From assembly GCF_036321535.1 (NCBI RefSeq), contig NC_087449.1, positions 52,142,001-52,206,000 on the forward strand: a stretch of DNA of 64,000 nucleotides, in the 5' to 3' direction. The DNA comes from Camelus dromedarius. Its lineage: Eukaryota. Below, piece by piece: positions 53,201 through 64,000 of the stretch. The position numbers and the translations under genes are program-made. The notes under the pieces were generated by a model. The model was given only the letters and a program-made list of their open reading frames with translations, searched no databases and was not told the origin of the DNA. Numbering within the stretch: position 1 is the first letter of the stretch; each line of letters starts with the position of its first letter.

Positions 53201-53491
53201 CCCAAGTATCTGACATGGTGGAAGGGGACATGGTGGGGGGCCACCCAAGCCCCCCAGGGCCTGAGGCCCCTTCCTCCTGGGCTCCCCTGCTCTGCCTCAC
53301 CTGACTCGTCCCTCCTCCAGCTGGCGCAGGTGGGCATCTCGCTTCAGGACCTCGGCAATGGCCTCCTGTTCCTCCTCTGTCAGGAAGCTGAGGTCCAATA
53401 GCCCGTCGGCCTCAGGATCTGACTCACGCTCCATGAAAGGGCCAGCCAGGGCCCAGAGGCCCTCTTGAGATGGGTGGCCCCTCTGGGGCAT
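47227..53491 (-). CDS. SYTL1: Synaptotagmin-like 1 (Slp1/JFC1), 565 aa; coding exons 53491-53301, 52336-52188, 51965-51893, 51810-51765, 51302-51230, 50979-50876, 50721-50608, 50368-50202, 49930-49834, 49510-49352, 49042-48964, 48843-48744, 47778-47573, 47366-47227
   Basis: GT/AG junctions, 1698 nt in frame. Rab27-binding SHD ([19 protein letters not shown]; TGDWF), C2A ([27 protein letters not shown]), C2B, C-terminus [11 protein letters not shown]. Confidence 0.97.
48066..48280. mobile_element. Ancient hAT-Charlie-type non-autonomous DNA transposon (about 210 bp)
   Basis: Terminal inverted repeats agtagttttcaaa (48069) and tttgaaaactac (48267). Confidence 0.6.
48281..48423 (+). mobile_element. 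tRNA-derived SINE, camelid Vic-1-like
   Basis: ggggggtataattcagcggtagag...gaggtcctgggttcaatccccagtacctcc...aataaataaacctatttacctccccc; TSD gaaaactacgg / gaaaaccactg. Confidence 0.85.
52375..52620 (-). mobile_element. LINE-2 fragment
   Basis: attcatgcaatcaacattc...ctctgtgccaggccctgtacctggggcctgg...ggaggagctcagtttgg. Confidence 0.65.
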
Positions 53492-54753
53492 CAGCTGGGG
53501 CAGTGCCCCGGCTGGGCACGTGTGGCTCCCTGGGGGCAGACCAAGGGTCAGGTTAAGCCCTGCGTATGTACAGGGCACAGCCTGGGGCCGACTGCCCTTT
53601 TCTGCCCAAATATATGGCCAGGTGGTGGGCAGGGTACAAGCCCAGGAAGACTGAGATCAAGGTGGCATGAGATGCACTTGTGGACACACATATAGTGGCC
53701 CATGGACATAGTCAGGGCCACTCGCAAAGACGTGTACAGAGACATACATGCACGCACACTGACATATGTAGATAGTTACCCACAGTGAGATGCATACCGG
53801 GTCACACATGCACACTGACACCTGTACAAAGAGGCACATGGATGCACATTCCCCTGTACAGGCCCCTATGCAGTCGAAGGCCCAGACCCATATCCAGACC
53901 AAGAGATGGACCTAACATATTCTTAAACCTGCACACAGGCGTGTGTACACAAGGGAGACAAGGACCCACAGGTGGGTTCACCGGTACAAGAATAAGCCTG
54001 GGGACAAAGGCACGTCCCTAGGCATATACAAATCACACAGACTTTCGCACACACACACTACCTCTTCAAACTGGATTGTGGTCTCCTTAAAGGTAGGGAC
54101 AGGGCCTCACCCCCAAAGCCAGAACTTTGCACAAAACAGATCGCTGGTAAAAGTTTGACAAGTTAAATGCAGAAATCCACCTGCACATACAGGAGGAACA
54201 CACACCTACAAACACGCAGCCAGGTGCACAGGCGCACACGCATATCTGCTCGCCCCCTGCCCTGGGAATCTCCCAACCTGGGTCTTTCCTCCACCCTTCA
54301 CCTCCACCCTGCCCCATTTGGCCTTCCTGTCTGAGGCAACCTCCTCCCCAGCCCACAGCCCAACTTCCTCCCCAGGAGGTAACCACTGTACCCACTCCCA
54401 CTGAGGCCTGCAGCCCAGGGATGCCCCTGCTGCCAGCCCGGCCCTCTTGCTCGGAGACCCTGGGCTCCTCTGCTCTGGCCACATGGGTTCCCCACGCCCC
54501 GGCTCGGGACCTGGCTGGGGTCCTGGCGGTGGAGGCTGAGTGCTGCCAAGCAGCTCAGGTACTACGGTGACTCCGGAAGGAAAATATCTGTCCAGCCCTG
54601 AGGGGCGTGTGGACGTGGCAAGGGGCGCGTGCCTGGGATGTGGGCAGAGCCATGGCCTGAGCCCACTGGGCGGTCTCTCCTCCTCTCCCTCCCCTCCAGT
54701 CCCCTCCCACCTGGGGCACCAGGCAGGGCTGAGATGGGAAGAGGACGCTCAGC

Positions 54754-54819
54754 AGGCAAGTCCTGGCTTGTGGCCACCGCCCATGCTATGCGCTCCCAGC
54801 TGAGTCAGTGAGTCAGCTG
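54754..54819. promoter_or_regulatory. Candidate p53/p63 response element (54754-54773) plus twin AP-1/MARE dyad (54797-54819)
   Basis: AGGCAAGTCC TGGCTTGTGG; cagcTGAGTCAgTGAGTCAgctg. Confidence 0.55.
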
Positions 54820-55676
54820 AGGGAGCCCTCTCCCCGCTGCTGCCCCATCCTCACCCCAGAGGTGGGTGGGTGTCTCTACCAGGTGTCGTGTGTAGCGCTG
54901 TGTGAATGCCTGTGTGCCTGAAGTTAACAGTATTTCCTGAACATCTACTGTGTGCTGGTCCTGGGTGTAGCGGACGCACTGTTTGGGGCTCTTCTGTGGT
55001 ATAGTGGGGAAGCCCATGTGGCTGTCCCTGTGTTACCTCGTGCCACTGTGAGTCTCAGTTCGGCAGGCATGTCTGCATCCTGTGGGATCTATGTACCTGT
55101 ATACTTTGTGGGTGTGGATGTTGTATCACTGCATGTGTGTCTGTGTCATGTCACAGTGTGGTGCTGCATGGGTGACTGTTGGCCATGTGGTATGTTCAAT
55201 GACTTGCTGTGTGGCAGCACTGTGTGGTGTGTGCGCATGTGTGTATCTCCTACACTGTCTGTTGTGTGACTGGGCTGTGTGTTGTGGTGTATGCTCTGGT
55301 GTCTCGGGGGCCACCAGGTCTTTATGTGTGACTATGGAGGTGGAGGTCCGCAGAACTGATCCTGTCCTTGTCCTGTAGGTCAACTTGGGCTGCGCTTTGG
55401 GGATCTGAGCCCAGGGTCCCCAGCAACACCCCTCTCCCTGCAGTACCCTCTCGTTCCAGGGGCAGAATCCAGTATCTGGTCCCCCCTACTCTGCTTCAAC
55501 ATGATGGGACAGACCCATTGGTTAGTATAAGGGTCTGTCCATCTATCTGGCTGTTCCAGCACTGGACATGCTCCACCTCCCCCACCCCAAAGTCCTAGAG
55601 GGTGCTCAGGATACCAGGTGGCTGTCCCTGCCCCTCAGGACACTCGCAGGGGACCCCCAGCCCTAAGGTGTATTAC

Positions 55677-55810
55677 CTGTAGGGGTCCAGTATGGAGGGG
55701 ACACCTTCGTAGGGTAACCCCGGCTCCCCTGGCAGCTGAGTTTCAGGGACCAGGAGAAGAGCAGTGAGGGATGAAGGCTGACTCAACCGGCAGCCCAGCA
55801 GACCTGCTGC
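55677..55810 (-). other. SYTL1: Candidate SYTL1 non-coding first exon
   Basis: Good donor cag|gtaata at 55677/55676 on -; pairs with the acceptor at 53529; not verified. Confidence 0.3.
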
Positions 55811-56164
55811 CCCACTGAGGAGGAGGAAACACCTTCTCACAGGGCCTGATGCAAAACCGGGCCTGGACTCCTGGCTCCCCAGAGACGTGGCCCAGCCTGT
55901 GCTTTCAGCAAACCCAGAGCAGAACTGGCGGGCGGGAGATGACTGGGGCTTGGCCCCAGCTCCCCTGCAGACTTGCTCCGTGACTCCAGTAACCAGAGCT
56001 GGCAGCAGTCCCTCAGAGTTTCGGCTGCCCCATCTGCAGAGTAAGTAGCAGCCCCAACCGGCCCACTGAGGAGCTGACAGGAACTTACTTTGAAAGCAAA
56101 GTTAGAGAGCTTTCTAAGAACCAGGGTAGTGGAAGGATTGAAGGCTGTCTTCAGATACCCTGAG

Positions 56165-56315
56165 TAGTTCCTGCTCTACCACTGTGTGACCTTAAGCAGG
56201 TCTCTTAACTATTCTGAGCTGCAATTTCCTCCTATGCAAACTGCGGGCTGCAGAGTGCGAAGAGCCTCTAAGGGAAATGAAAGTGCTTGGCGCAAGCTGG
56301 CATATAGTAGGTGCC
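56165..56315 (+). mobile_element. MIR SINE
   Basis: ctctaccactgtgtgaccttaagcaggtctcttaac...gcaatttcctcctatgcaaa...ctggcatatagtaggtgc. Confidence 0.75.
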
Positions 56316-58179
56316 GGTGTCCCCTTGCCAACAGAGTCCATTTTGACCACCACTGCCCCTCCATATCCACCTATACCTCCCAGGAGGTGCTGGCCACAGC
56401 AGAGCTGCTCTGTCCCCTCTGCCACTCTGGGCCCCATCTGTTTGAGGAGGCCTGGACTCTTCCAGGGCCAAAGTGAGGCTCCTACAGTCTCCTCTGACAG
56501 ACAGGGTTCTGCTCCCAGATTCTGCCCCATCCTGAGAAGGTTGGGCCCAGATTACATTTGCTTCAGGACCATGAGCCTGAGGCCCCATGAAAGCTTCCCC
56601 AAGCTTGAAACCCCTTAAGTCAGCTTCATTCCATCCTGCCTCTCCTGTCCAACCTGCTGCCATGGCTTGAAGGTCAGAGGGCATCTCACAGACCTGCAAG
56701 AGAGAAGGTGGGCAAGGTGTGGACTCTGAATGAAACCCACTCCTCCTCCCCCTCATTGGAACCGGGTCCTGAATGCTACCAACACTCTGAGCACCTGAGG
56801 GTCCCTCCTCCACCCCTAGCCCAAGGTCCAGGCTTCCCCACTTATTTTTTGCAAGTCAGTCTTATTTTCTGAGCCTTTTTCCTCATTTATTAGATGGGGA
56901 TAATAATCCCTCCTCAGATCCTTCCCTGAAGTTCAATGAGATCCTTGCCGGTCCTTAATAAATACATATATGCATTTGTATATATAATATTCATTAAGTG
57001 TCCACCGGGGGAACATGGGAGTGGTTATTGTGATGCCCACTTCCTCCAGCAGGTCTCCCAGAATGGGAGGAGAGTGGCCAACAGCATCCTCACCCCTCCC
57101 CATCATTCTTTCCTGGCTCCTCCCAAGGATGCTTCTCTAACCATCCTCCACCACCCGCCCCCACCTCTCGGCTAGCACCCCTGGAAGGCATCAAACTTCA
57201 CTGTTTATTCTTCTGGCTTCTAAATTCCCATCCTTTTTCTCATCGCCTATCCTTTTATCTGCAACTCTTCTGGAATCCGATGTTTCCACCCTCTCCTGCT
57301 GTCTTCTGTACTGGAACTCCGCTTAATCCTCCCCAACTGAAACTTTCTCCTATTTTCAAGTTTCCACTTCTGTGAACAGCCCCCATGTCCTGGCACCACG
57401 CTCCTGATGTTTACTGCCAATCACCGGACTGCCCCCTCTTCCCTCTGAGAGCTTCCCCATCTGTCCCCCATCTCTACTGCCCTCCCACTGCCCGGGTTTC
57501 AGTCCCTGCCCAGGATCTTCTGCAAGCCTCCTCTTCCCTGTCTCCTGCTCTCCACACTCAGCAACCCCCCTACCCAGCCCTTTACTGCACAGCTGTCAGA
57601 GAGCCCTTTCAACACCCTACTTTTAGCTGTCATTCCTCAGCTTTGGAAGGTGCCAGGGGGAACCCTCCGAGCCTTTAACGAATCTGTTCCAAACCAGCCC
57701 AGCTTAGACACTCACTGACAGGTGTCTCCTCACCTCCCAAGACAGTCCACCCTCCTTTGGGCTGCCTAACCCACAGAACCCCTATATGGCTTGGACTGGT
57801 CTTTGTCTCCTCCATCCTTACAGCTCTGCCTACAGGCTCTGCTTCCTGTCCCTTCAACACCCTAGTCCATCTGTGCTCCCTGCTTCTGGCTGCAGAATGC
57901 CTTCCCCACCCGCTGCCACCCCGCCAGGGGTTCAATGCCTCTGCACTGGCCAGTCTCCAGGTTAAGCCCCCATGGTTGAGGCCCCAGATCTGGGTTAAAA
58001 TTCTGGTTCTGTCACACAGTCCCCTGTGGCCTTGGGTCAATGACAATCTCTGTAAGCCTCACTCACTCTGTCCCTTTGTAAAACAGGGACAGTGGCAGCC
58101 ATCTCATAGGACTGTCATAAGGAGAGTTTCCTTTTTCTTGCCTCCAGCATCAGTTCTCCCTTTCTGTCGGTCACAGCCC

Positions 58180-58385
58180 TGTGTGCTCCAGTGGGGGCTC
58201 TGGAGCCCAGCTGCTGGGTTTGATCCTGGTTCCGCTCTTCCTACCTCTGTGATCTTGAGCAGATCACATCACTTCTCTGTGCTCTTTTTCTCATCTTAAA
58301 GTGGGGATGAGAGCACCTGGCTCATGCACTGTGGTGAGGATAAATGAGACACTTGATCAGCACACAGTAAGCGCTCAGTAACAGC
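58180..58385 (+). mobile_element. MIR SINE
   Basis: gggtttgatcctggttccgctc...gtgatcttgagcagatcacatcacttctctgtgc...ttctcatcttaaagtggggatga...cacacagtaagcgctcagtaa. Confidence 0.8.
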
Positions 58386-58769
58386 TGGTGATTTGTACGG
58401 TACCTGTTTGTGTCCCGTTTCCCCAAGGCTGACTTAAAAGTCTGCTGAGGGGAAGCAGGCAGGCCTTAAAACTTTTCTATCCATTCTGCTGTTTGTCTTC
58501 CTCACTGGAACTCACCCACTCCTACCAACTCCCAGGTAGACTCCAATATGCAAATCAGATTTTTGAAAATGGAATTGTTCGGAAGAGGGGAGGGGGCACC
58601 TCTGCCTTGCCCTGCAGAAACCCCTGTGTGGAAACCACAGCACTGCAGGGTCTGCGATGAGCTGACAGACACCTGATCAGGGCCGTGAGGGCTGCAGCTA
58701 GAACTGTCCTCAGGCCATCCTCAGGGTGAACACAGGGCTCTCAGGACCCAGAGACCAAATCCTTTGCTA

Positions 58770-59130
58770 GTTTAACTAAAGTGATACCTGGCATAACCTG
58801 GCAAGTTTAGTAAAGACTTCAGCAAGGAAGTGGCTTTTAAGTTGGCCTGGAGAAGGAAGGGCATGATTTTGATTTCAACAGGTGGAGAGCAGGTGCTGCT
58901 CTGGCTGGTTGGAGAGTGGGATGCACTGAGAGTGAGAGACTGCAGGTCCAGAAGGCCATGGAGAAGCAGAGGCACCACGGAGGATGTCAGTGACCTGATC
59001 ACCAGGGGTCACACAAGGAACTTGGCTACATGATCAATGGATGTGGTGGGGGCCGGGGCTGGAGCAACTCCCATGGCTTATGCTGAACTGTGTAGCCCTG
59101 GTTGAGGGGCCAGGTCCACGGCTCTGGTCT
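58770..59130 (-). mobile_element. LINE-2 fragment
   Basis: ggaagtggcttttaag...ggcatgattttgatttc...gagactgcaggtccagaaggcc. Confidence 0.55.
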
Positions 59131-59488
59131 GTCCAGCCCTAAACTCCCAATCCTACTGCCAATTTCCTCCCAACAGGGAATATGGGAGGGGTTTTAGTAC
59201 TCACCTGCCTCGAGGAGAAAACTCTGGTATGGTGGAGGAGGCGTGGGGAGGCACTCCCAGAGGTCAGGCTCAGAGTAGGATATCCCAAAGGGATGCTGAC
59301 TTCCTGTAAGCTCCAGGCACTGGCTGAGGACTCAACCATGTCCCTGGTAAGCAGGCCCCTTGCCAGGGGCAGAGGAACCAAGTTCGCCAAGAAGATAGGA
59401 GCTGGCCGAAGGGAGCGCATGTCTTCAGTGGAAGCAGGGACCACCGAAGGGAGAAACAAGGACAAGGCACGGTCTGGAGTTAAAACTC

Positions 59489-59494
59489 TTTATT
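59489..59494 (-). terminator. TMEM222: TMEM222 poly(A) signal AATAAA
   Basis: TTTATT on +, about 1 kb beyond the stop. Confidence 0.8.
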
Positions 59495-60471
59495 GTCCTG
59501 CCCAGGGAGCCCCGCACAAAGGAATCCTTGGAGTGGGGGTGAGGGGGGCAGCACAGGCCCTTTCCACAACTGGAAGAGAAGGGGGAGCCATGGTAGGTGG
59601 GAGGAAACGGCTTCACTTCAGCTCCCCGATGGCTCTCTGATGGCCTCCTGATGTCTCAGACCCAAGGGGTGCCATCACCAGTGCGAGGCCTATACCTGGG
59701 GCCAGGGCCAAGTTTCGTTTACATCACTCTGACCTGGGGGTCACTCTGGATACATCACTGTCACTCATCTCTCCAGCCTGGTTGGGGAGCCCAGGCCCTG
59801 AACTGCAAGGGGAGATGGGCCCAAGTGCTTGGAGGCCCTGGGAGAGTAGGAAGAGGGGGCAGCATGGGCAGGAGGACTCCAGGAGTGGGGCACAAACTAC
59901 CCCTAGTGCAACTTCTGGCAAACATCTGAAGGGGGCCCATCAGTGCTACTGGACCATTCTAGAGGCCAGTGATGAAGGCCCCAGGGCAGCTGAGCTCCTG
60001 GAGACTTCTTGGTGTACCCTCCCCCACTGTGGGACCAGAGCCCTGGCAGGAGGAGGGGCTTCAAATCCAGCTCTGGCCCCTGTGCTGCCTTGTCCGGTGG
60101 GTCCAAACATCCTTCCCTCCCCAACCAGGCATGGGGCTGAGGCAGAGCGAGCCCAGCAGGCAGTGGCAGACACAGCTCTACAGAGGGGAGCTAAGGCTTT
60201 TCCAACGGATGAACAAAGGCTGCCTCAAGGGTGGGGGTCACGAGCCCGGGGAGACAGGGATAGGGAGCTTCCGAGCAACCAGTGAGACACAACATGTAAA
60301 CGCCCTCACCCCATGCTTATCCTCTGCCTTAGTCCGTCCCGCCACCCAGACCCCTGGGTCAAACCAGCAGGCCCATCCCTGCCTTTTGGGGCAAGGAGAA
60401 AGAATCTGGAACCAAAAGGGATGGCAGCTGCCTCCTCAGAAGTCTGGTGGGCCCAGGGCCACGGGCAGCCA

Positions 60472-63400
60472 TCACCGGAGGTTAAAGACCAGGCTGACAG
60501 TTAGGATGATGCCCAGGAGGAGGACGAAGGGTAGCCAAGTCTTCACAAAGGCGCCGACGCTGATGGAGAGAGAGGGGAGTATGGGAGGGAAGGGCCCAGG
60601 ACACTGTCCACCCCCAAATCCACTAAGGAAGCTCCTGGAACCACTCCCTCACCCCCAAACTTGGCCAACTGTGGGACTGGGCCAGACCTGAAGCCCATTA
60701 TGGAGGACCACCACCTATGGCCCTGGGCAGGGGCTGCTGCAGGTCCCTGGGGGAGATGTGACACCTGTCTGGGTGGGTACAGGAGACATGCCCACCTTCT
60801 GGGCCTTCCTGACTCCATCCACATCACCCCTGTGTCTGGGGAGAGGTCTCCAGTGAGAAGACCAGGAACTCTTCAGTCTGGGTGGAGAAGCCAGGAGTGC
60901 CCTCTGCCCACAGCCCACTGGGATGGGAGGGGTCAGAGAGAGTCAGCACAGCATTGTGGCTGGAGCCAAGGCGTGGGAGTCAGGGCCCTGGGTTCACCCG
61001 AGCTCTGCCTCAGTCTCTGTGGGACCACAGTTAAGGTCTTCTCAGGGGACCTCTAAAAAGCCTTTGGGCCAAAAAAGACCCCGAGACTCTCCTTTTCAGA
61101 AGCTCTTAATAATGACTGCAGCTAAAGGAAAGCCTGGAGAGGCAGCCAGGTTAGCCCAGGTGTGTGCTGGCTCCCAAGTGGACGGGTCACTCATCCTCTC
61201 TGAGCTCCCTTTACCTGTGGGCTGGAACTAAGAACTTTGACCTCACAGGTCGTGAGGCTGTGGCTTCAAATGTCCTCCCATGCCATCACTGGGGCCCACC
61301 TGCCCAGAAGCCTGCCTCTGACAAGAGATGCTGGGCAGGGACCTTGTGGGGTGGTCACCCACCCTCTTTTGTGGGTCTACCCGTTCACTTGACCTGAGTG
61401 TGGGGCTCTGTACGTTCAGCCTCCCAGATAATGGGAATCATTATCCCCATTTTACCATGGGCAGCTGCAGCTTAGAGAGGCCAAGGCAGCTACCCAAGAT
61501 CTCAGTGAGCAAGGGACAGAGCTGGGTCTGGGACTCAGGTGGAGCTGGACTTCTGCACAGCTACCTCCTTCCCCACAAGGAACTCAGTTAGTTGTTTGAG
61601 ATCCTTTGTGGCTCCAACCAGCACCTGCTTTGTCCCTGCTGGCTGAAGGACTCCAGAGATGGCCCTGTTGGGATCCTGGGGTAGGCAGCCCAGGGGAGGG
61701 TGGCGGAGGCAGGTGACGGGCCGCTCACCTGACGTACTTCCCATAGAGCAGGCAGAAGAAGCAGAGCGTCACCATGTTCCAGTTGGTGCTGTTGTTGTAG
61801 CGCATCAGGTTCAGGGCCAAGGCCACATGCGAGTGGCAGTTGTCACAGCAGAGACTGTGCTGGGGATGCAGGAAGGGCTGGGTCAGGCCAGGCTGTGGGG
61901 AGCCTCCCACCCTGGCTCCCGCCCTCGGGAGCAGCCCGCTTACCATGCGGTGCTTGTATTCCTCGGAGGCGTCATGCACAGCTGTGTCCCATGCATTGGG
62001 CCCACTGGCGTACACCTGAGCTGGGTCCAGCTTCCAGTACCTGAGGGGAGAGGGGGGTTCTGGGCACTGGCTCAGCTCCACGAATGTTCCCTGATGCCTG
62101 CTCTGTGCAGGGCTCTGAGCTGGGTGCTGAGGCTACAGGGGTGAGCCAGGTCCAGGGAAAGAGCCACGCAGAAGACGACTGTAACAGTGTGACATGCCCA
62201 CTGCCACGTGGATCCTGGAAGGATATGAACCCACTCAGCGGCTTCCTGGGGTGACACCTGAGTCCAGTCTGAAGGAAGAAGGATTAATTAGCCAGGCACA
62301 GAATGGGGAGTAAATATTCTAGGCAAAGGAAGAGTTTGAACAGAAGGAGAGGCACAAAACTGTGCAGTGTGTATCAGAAGTTAAGTGACTGGGCCCTGCT
62401 GGAGGATTCAGAGGGAGGAAAAGGGGGATGCAGGTGGGGCCATGTCATGGAAGACTTGAGTGTCATCCTGAGGAATGTATCTGTCAGAAAGCATTCTCCC
62501 CTTCTCCCCACACGGGAGACTAGGGTGAGTGAGACAACAGCCAGTGGAGCTAAAGCTCATGAACCTCAAGCAGGGTGACACCCCAAAGGGCCTTGGGTCA
62601 GGGGGCGGGGATGTCAGAGCGCCCTCTGGCTGCTATGTGGGGAATGAATGGCTTGGTGGAGAAGTCTACAGACTAGACCAGTGAGAAACCACTGTGGCTG
62701 AGGCTTGGGCTGCTCAGGGGTTCCTGCCTGGAAAGCGGTGCCCTTTTAACTCTCGCTAAAGAGCAGTCTGGCAACAGACGCTCAGCCCAGAGGCCCTTGG
62801 CTCACATTCCACCTGCCTGAGGAAGTCAACAGGGGTCAGGGATTCCCGCTCCATGCTATCTCTGCTATGTGTGACACTGTCTCCTTGGGCCCTACCCTGC
62901 TGGGTGCTGCCTTGGGCAACAGAGCACCTGATGCTATTCTGAGCAGACTGATGACTGAGGCACTGTCACCAGGCCCACGGCTGAGGTGGCTCCCAAGACA
63001 GAAAAAATGAAGTCTAAAAACCCCATGCAAACCAGCAATAGCTCCCAGAGGGTCTGAACTGCTTTTACTCTCTCCATCCAGAGCTTTCCAGCAGAGTTCC
63101 AAACAATGCCTCCATTACACCTGAAAAGGCGTGTTTGCTCCTTGAGAGGCAGGAGAAAAAGTCAAGGTTTTGGAGTGAGACAGACCTGCACGTGAGTCCC
63201 AGCTCTGCCACTTCTTGTGTGATCCTGACCAAGTTCCTTCCTTTTCCTCACCTTTCCAATGGAGCTGAAAACACGACCTTGCAGAGCTGAGGCAAAGCCT
63301 AGATGGCCTGTGGGTAAAGGACCCAGCCAGGGAATGGAGCAGGAGGTGTGCAGTACAAGGCCAGACACTCTGACAGACCCTGGCTGTCCCTCCCCACCCC

Positions 63401-63539
63401 CCATCCTCAGGCTGCTGGCTCCTGCTGTGTCCCAGAAGGCCTGGCCTGCTGCTCCAGGCAGGAGGAACCTGGCTCTAGGGCCAGTCACATGGATGTTCAT
63501 CACTTACTTGGCAGGCTTCCCAAAGGCCATGTTGTCTTC
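60472..63539 (-). CDS. TMEM222: TMEM222 (RTE1-like), last four coding exons 63539-63508, 62040-61944, 61859-61729, 60559-60472; 5' part lies outside the window
   Basis: Joined translation EDNMAFGKPAKYWKLDPAQVYASGPNAWDTAVHDASEEYKHRMHSLCCDNCHSHVALALNLMRYNNSTNWNMVTLCFFCLLYGKYVSVGAFVKTWLPFVLLLGIILTVSLVFNLR*; GT/AG junctions. Confidence 0.97.
63165..63300 (+). mobile_element. MIR SINE
   Basis: ggagtgagacagacctgcacgtgagtcccagctctgccacttcttgtgtgatcctgaccaag...ctcacctttccaatggag. Confidence 0.7.
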
Positions 63540-64000
63540 CTGTTGAGGGATAAGAGCAGAAGTCAGTGGGGAACCTGCATCCAGCCCAAAATACAGTGCT
63601 GGGCTGATGGTAGAAGTGTAGTGACTTAGAAGGAAGTATGTTGGGCAATGGGCAGAAGTGAGGCCAGGCCCTGCGCAGGGGCCGGCACAGTATCTGAAGG
63701 GCCATCAGCAGCTTTTCTGTGTGAAGAAGGCAGTGCGGCAGGAGCGCACAGATCAATCCACCTGGAGACCAGACTCTGGGTGCAGTAACGACCGGCCCTC
63801 TGTGTGGCTCCCAGCTAATTCTCTCACCCTCTCTGGGCCTCATTTTCTCCAAGTTCTCTGGACAACCTCTGATCTTTGCCCACAGGGAGGTAGTCTCCTT
63901 CGTGGTGTGAATGAGGACACCCTCTGACCTCCCGCCCCCACAGTGGTGGCCCACATGGGATCTGGCACTCTGAGAGCAGTCAGGGCAGGATCGAGGAGGG

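Noticed and set aside
59969-60691. 240-aa + strand ORF antisense to the TMEM222 3' end
   Set aside because: No recognisable domain, promoter or poly(A) context; stop-poor GC-rich UTR sequence explains the length

Overview
Mammalian genomic DNA, syntenic to human 1p36.11 and shown in reverse orientation. Gene order: WASF2 (last two coding exons plus long 3' UTR, +), GPR3 (-), CD164L2 (+), a full-length but disabled FCN3 (ficolin-3) pseudogene (+), MAP3K6/ASK2 (29 coding exons, +), SYTL1 (14 coding exons, -) and TMEM222 (last four exons, -). I assembled exon chains by hand from GT/AG boundaries, and all intact genes keep frame. Comparisons to human proteins and repeat consensuses are from memory, not from a search. 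Two tRNA-derived SINEs and one truncated SINE tail resemble the camelid Vic-1 family, so the source is probably a camelid (inference). There is one assembly gap (5442-5620), an RPS24 retrocopy, and many MIR/L2/L1M/hAT relics. I found no prokaryote-type system (CRISPR, IS, operon) and no evidence for a wholly new gene system. The most notable signals are the FCN3 unitary pseudogene, a one-residue splice switch at the CD164L2 C-terminus, duplicated CRE-CCAAT modules plus ARE/Pumilio elements at GPR3, a p53-like element next to a twin AP-1 dyad at SYTL1, and the lack of a canonical poly(A) signal for MAP3K6 before the convergent SYTL1.
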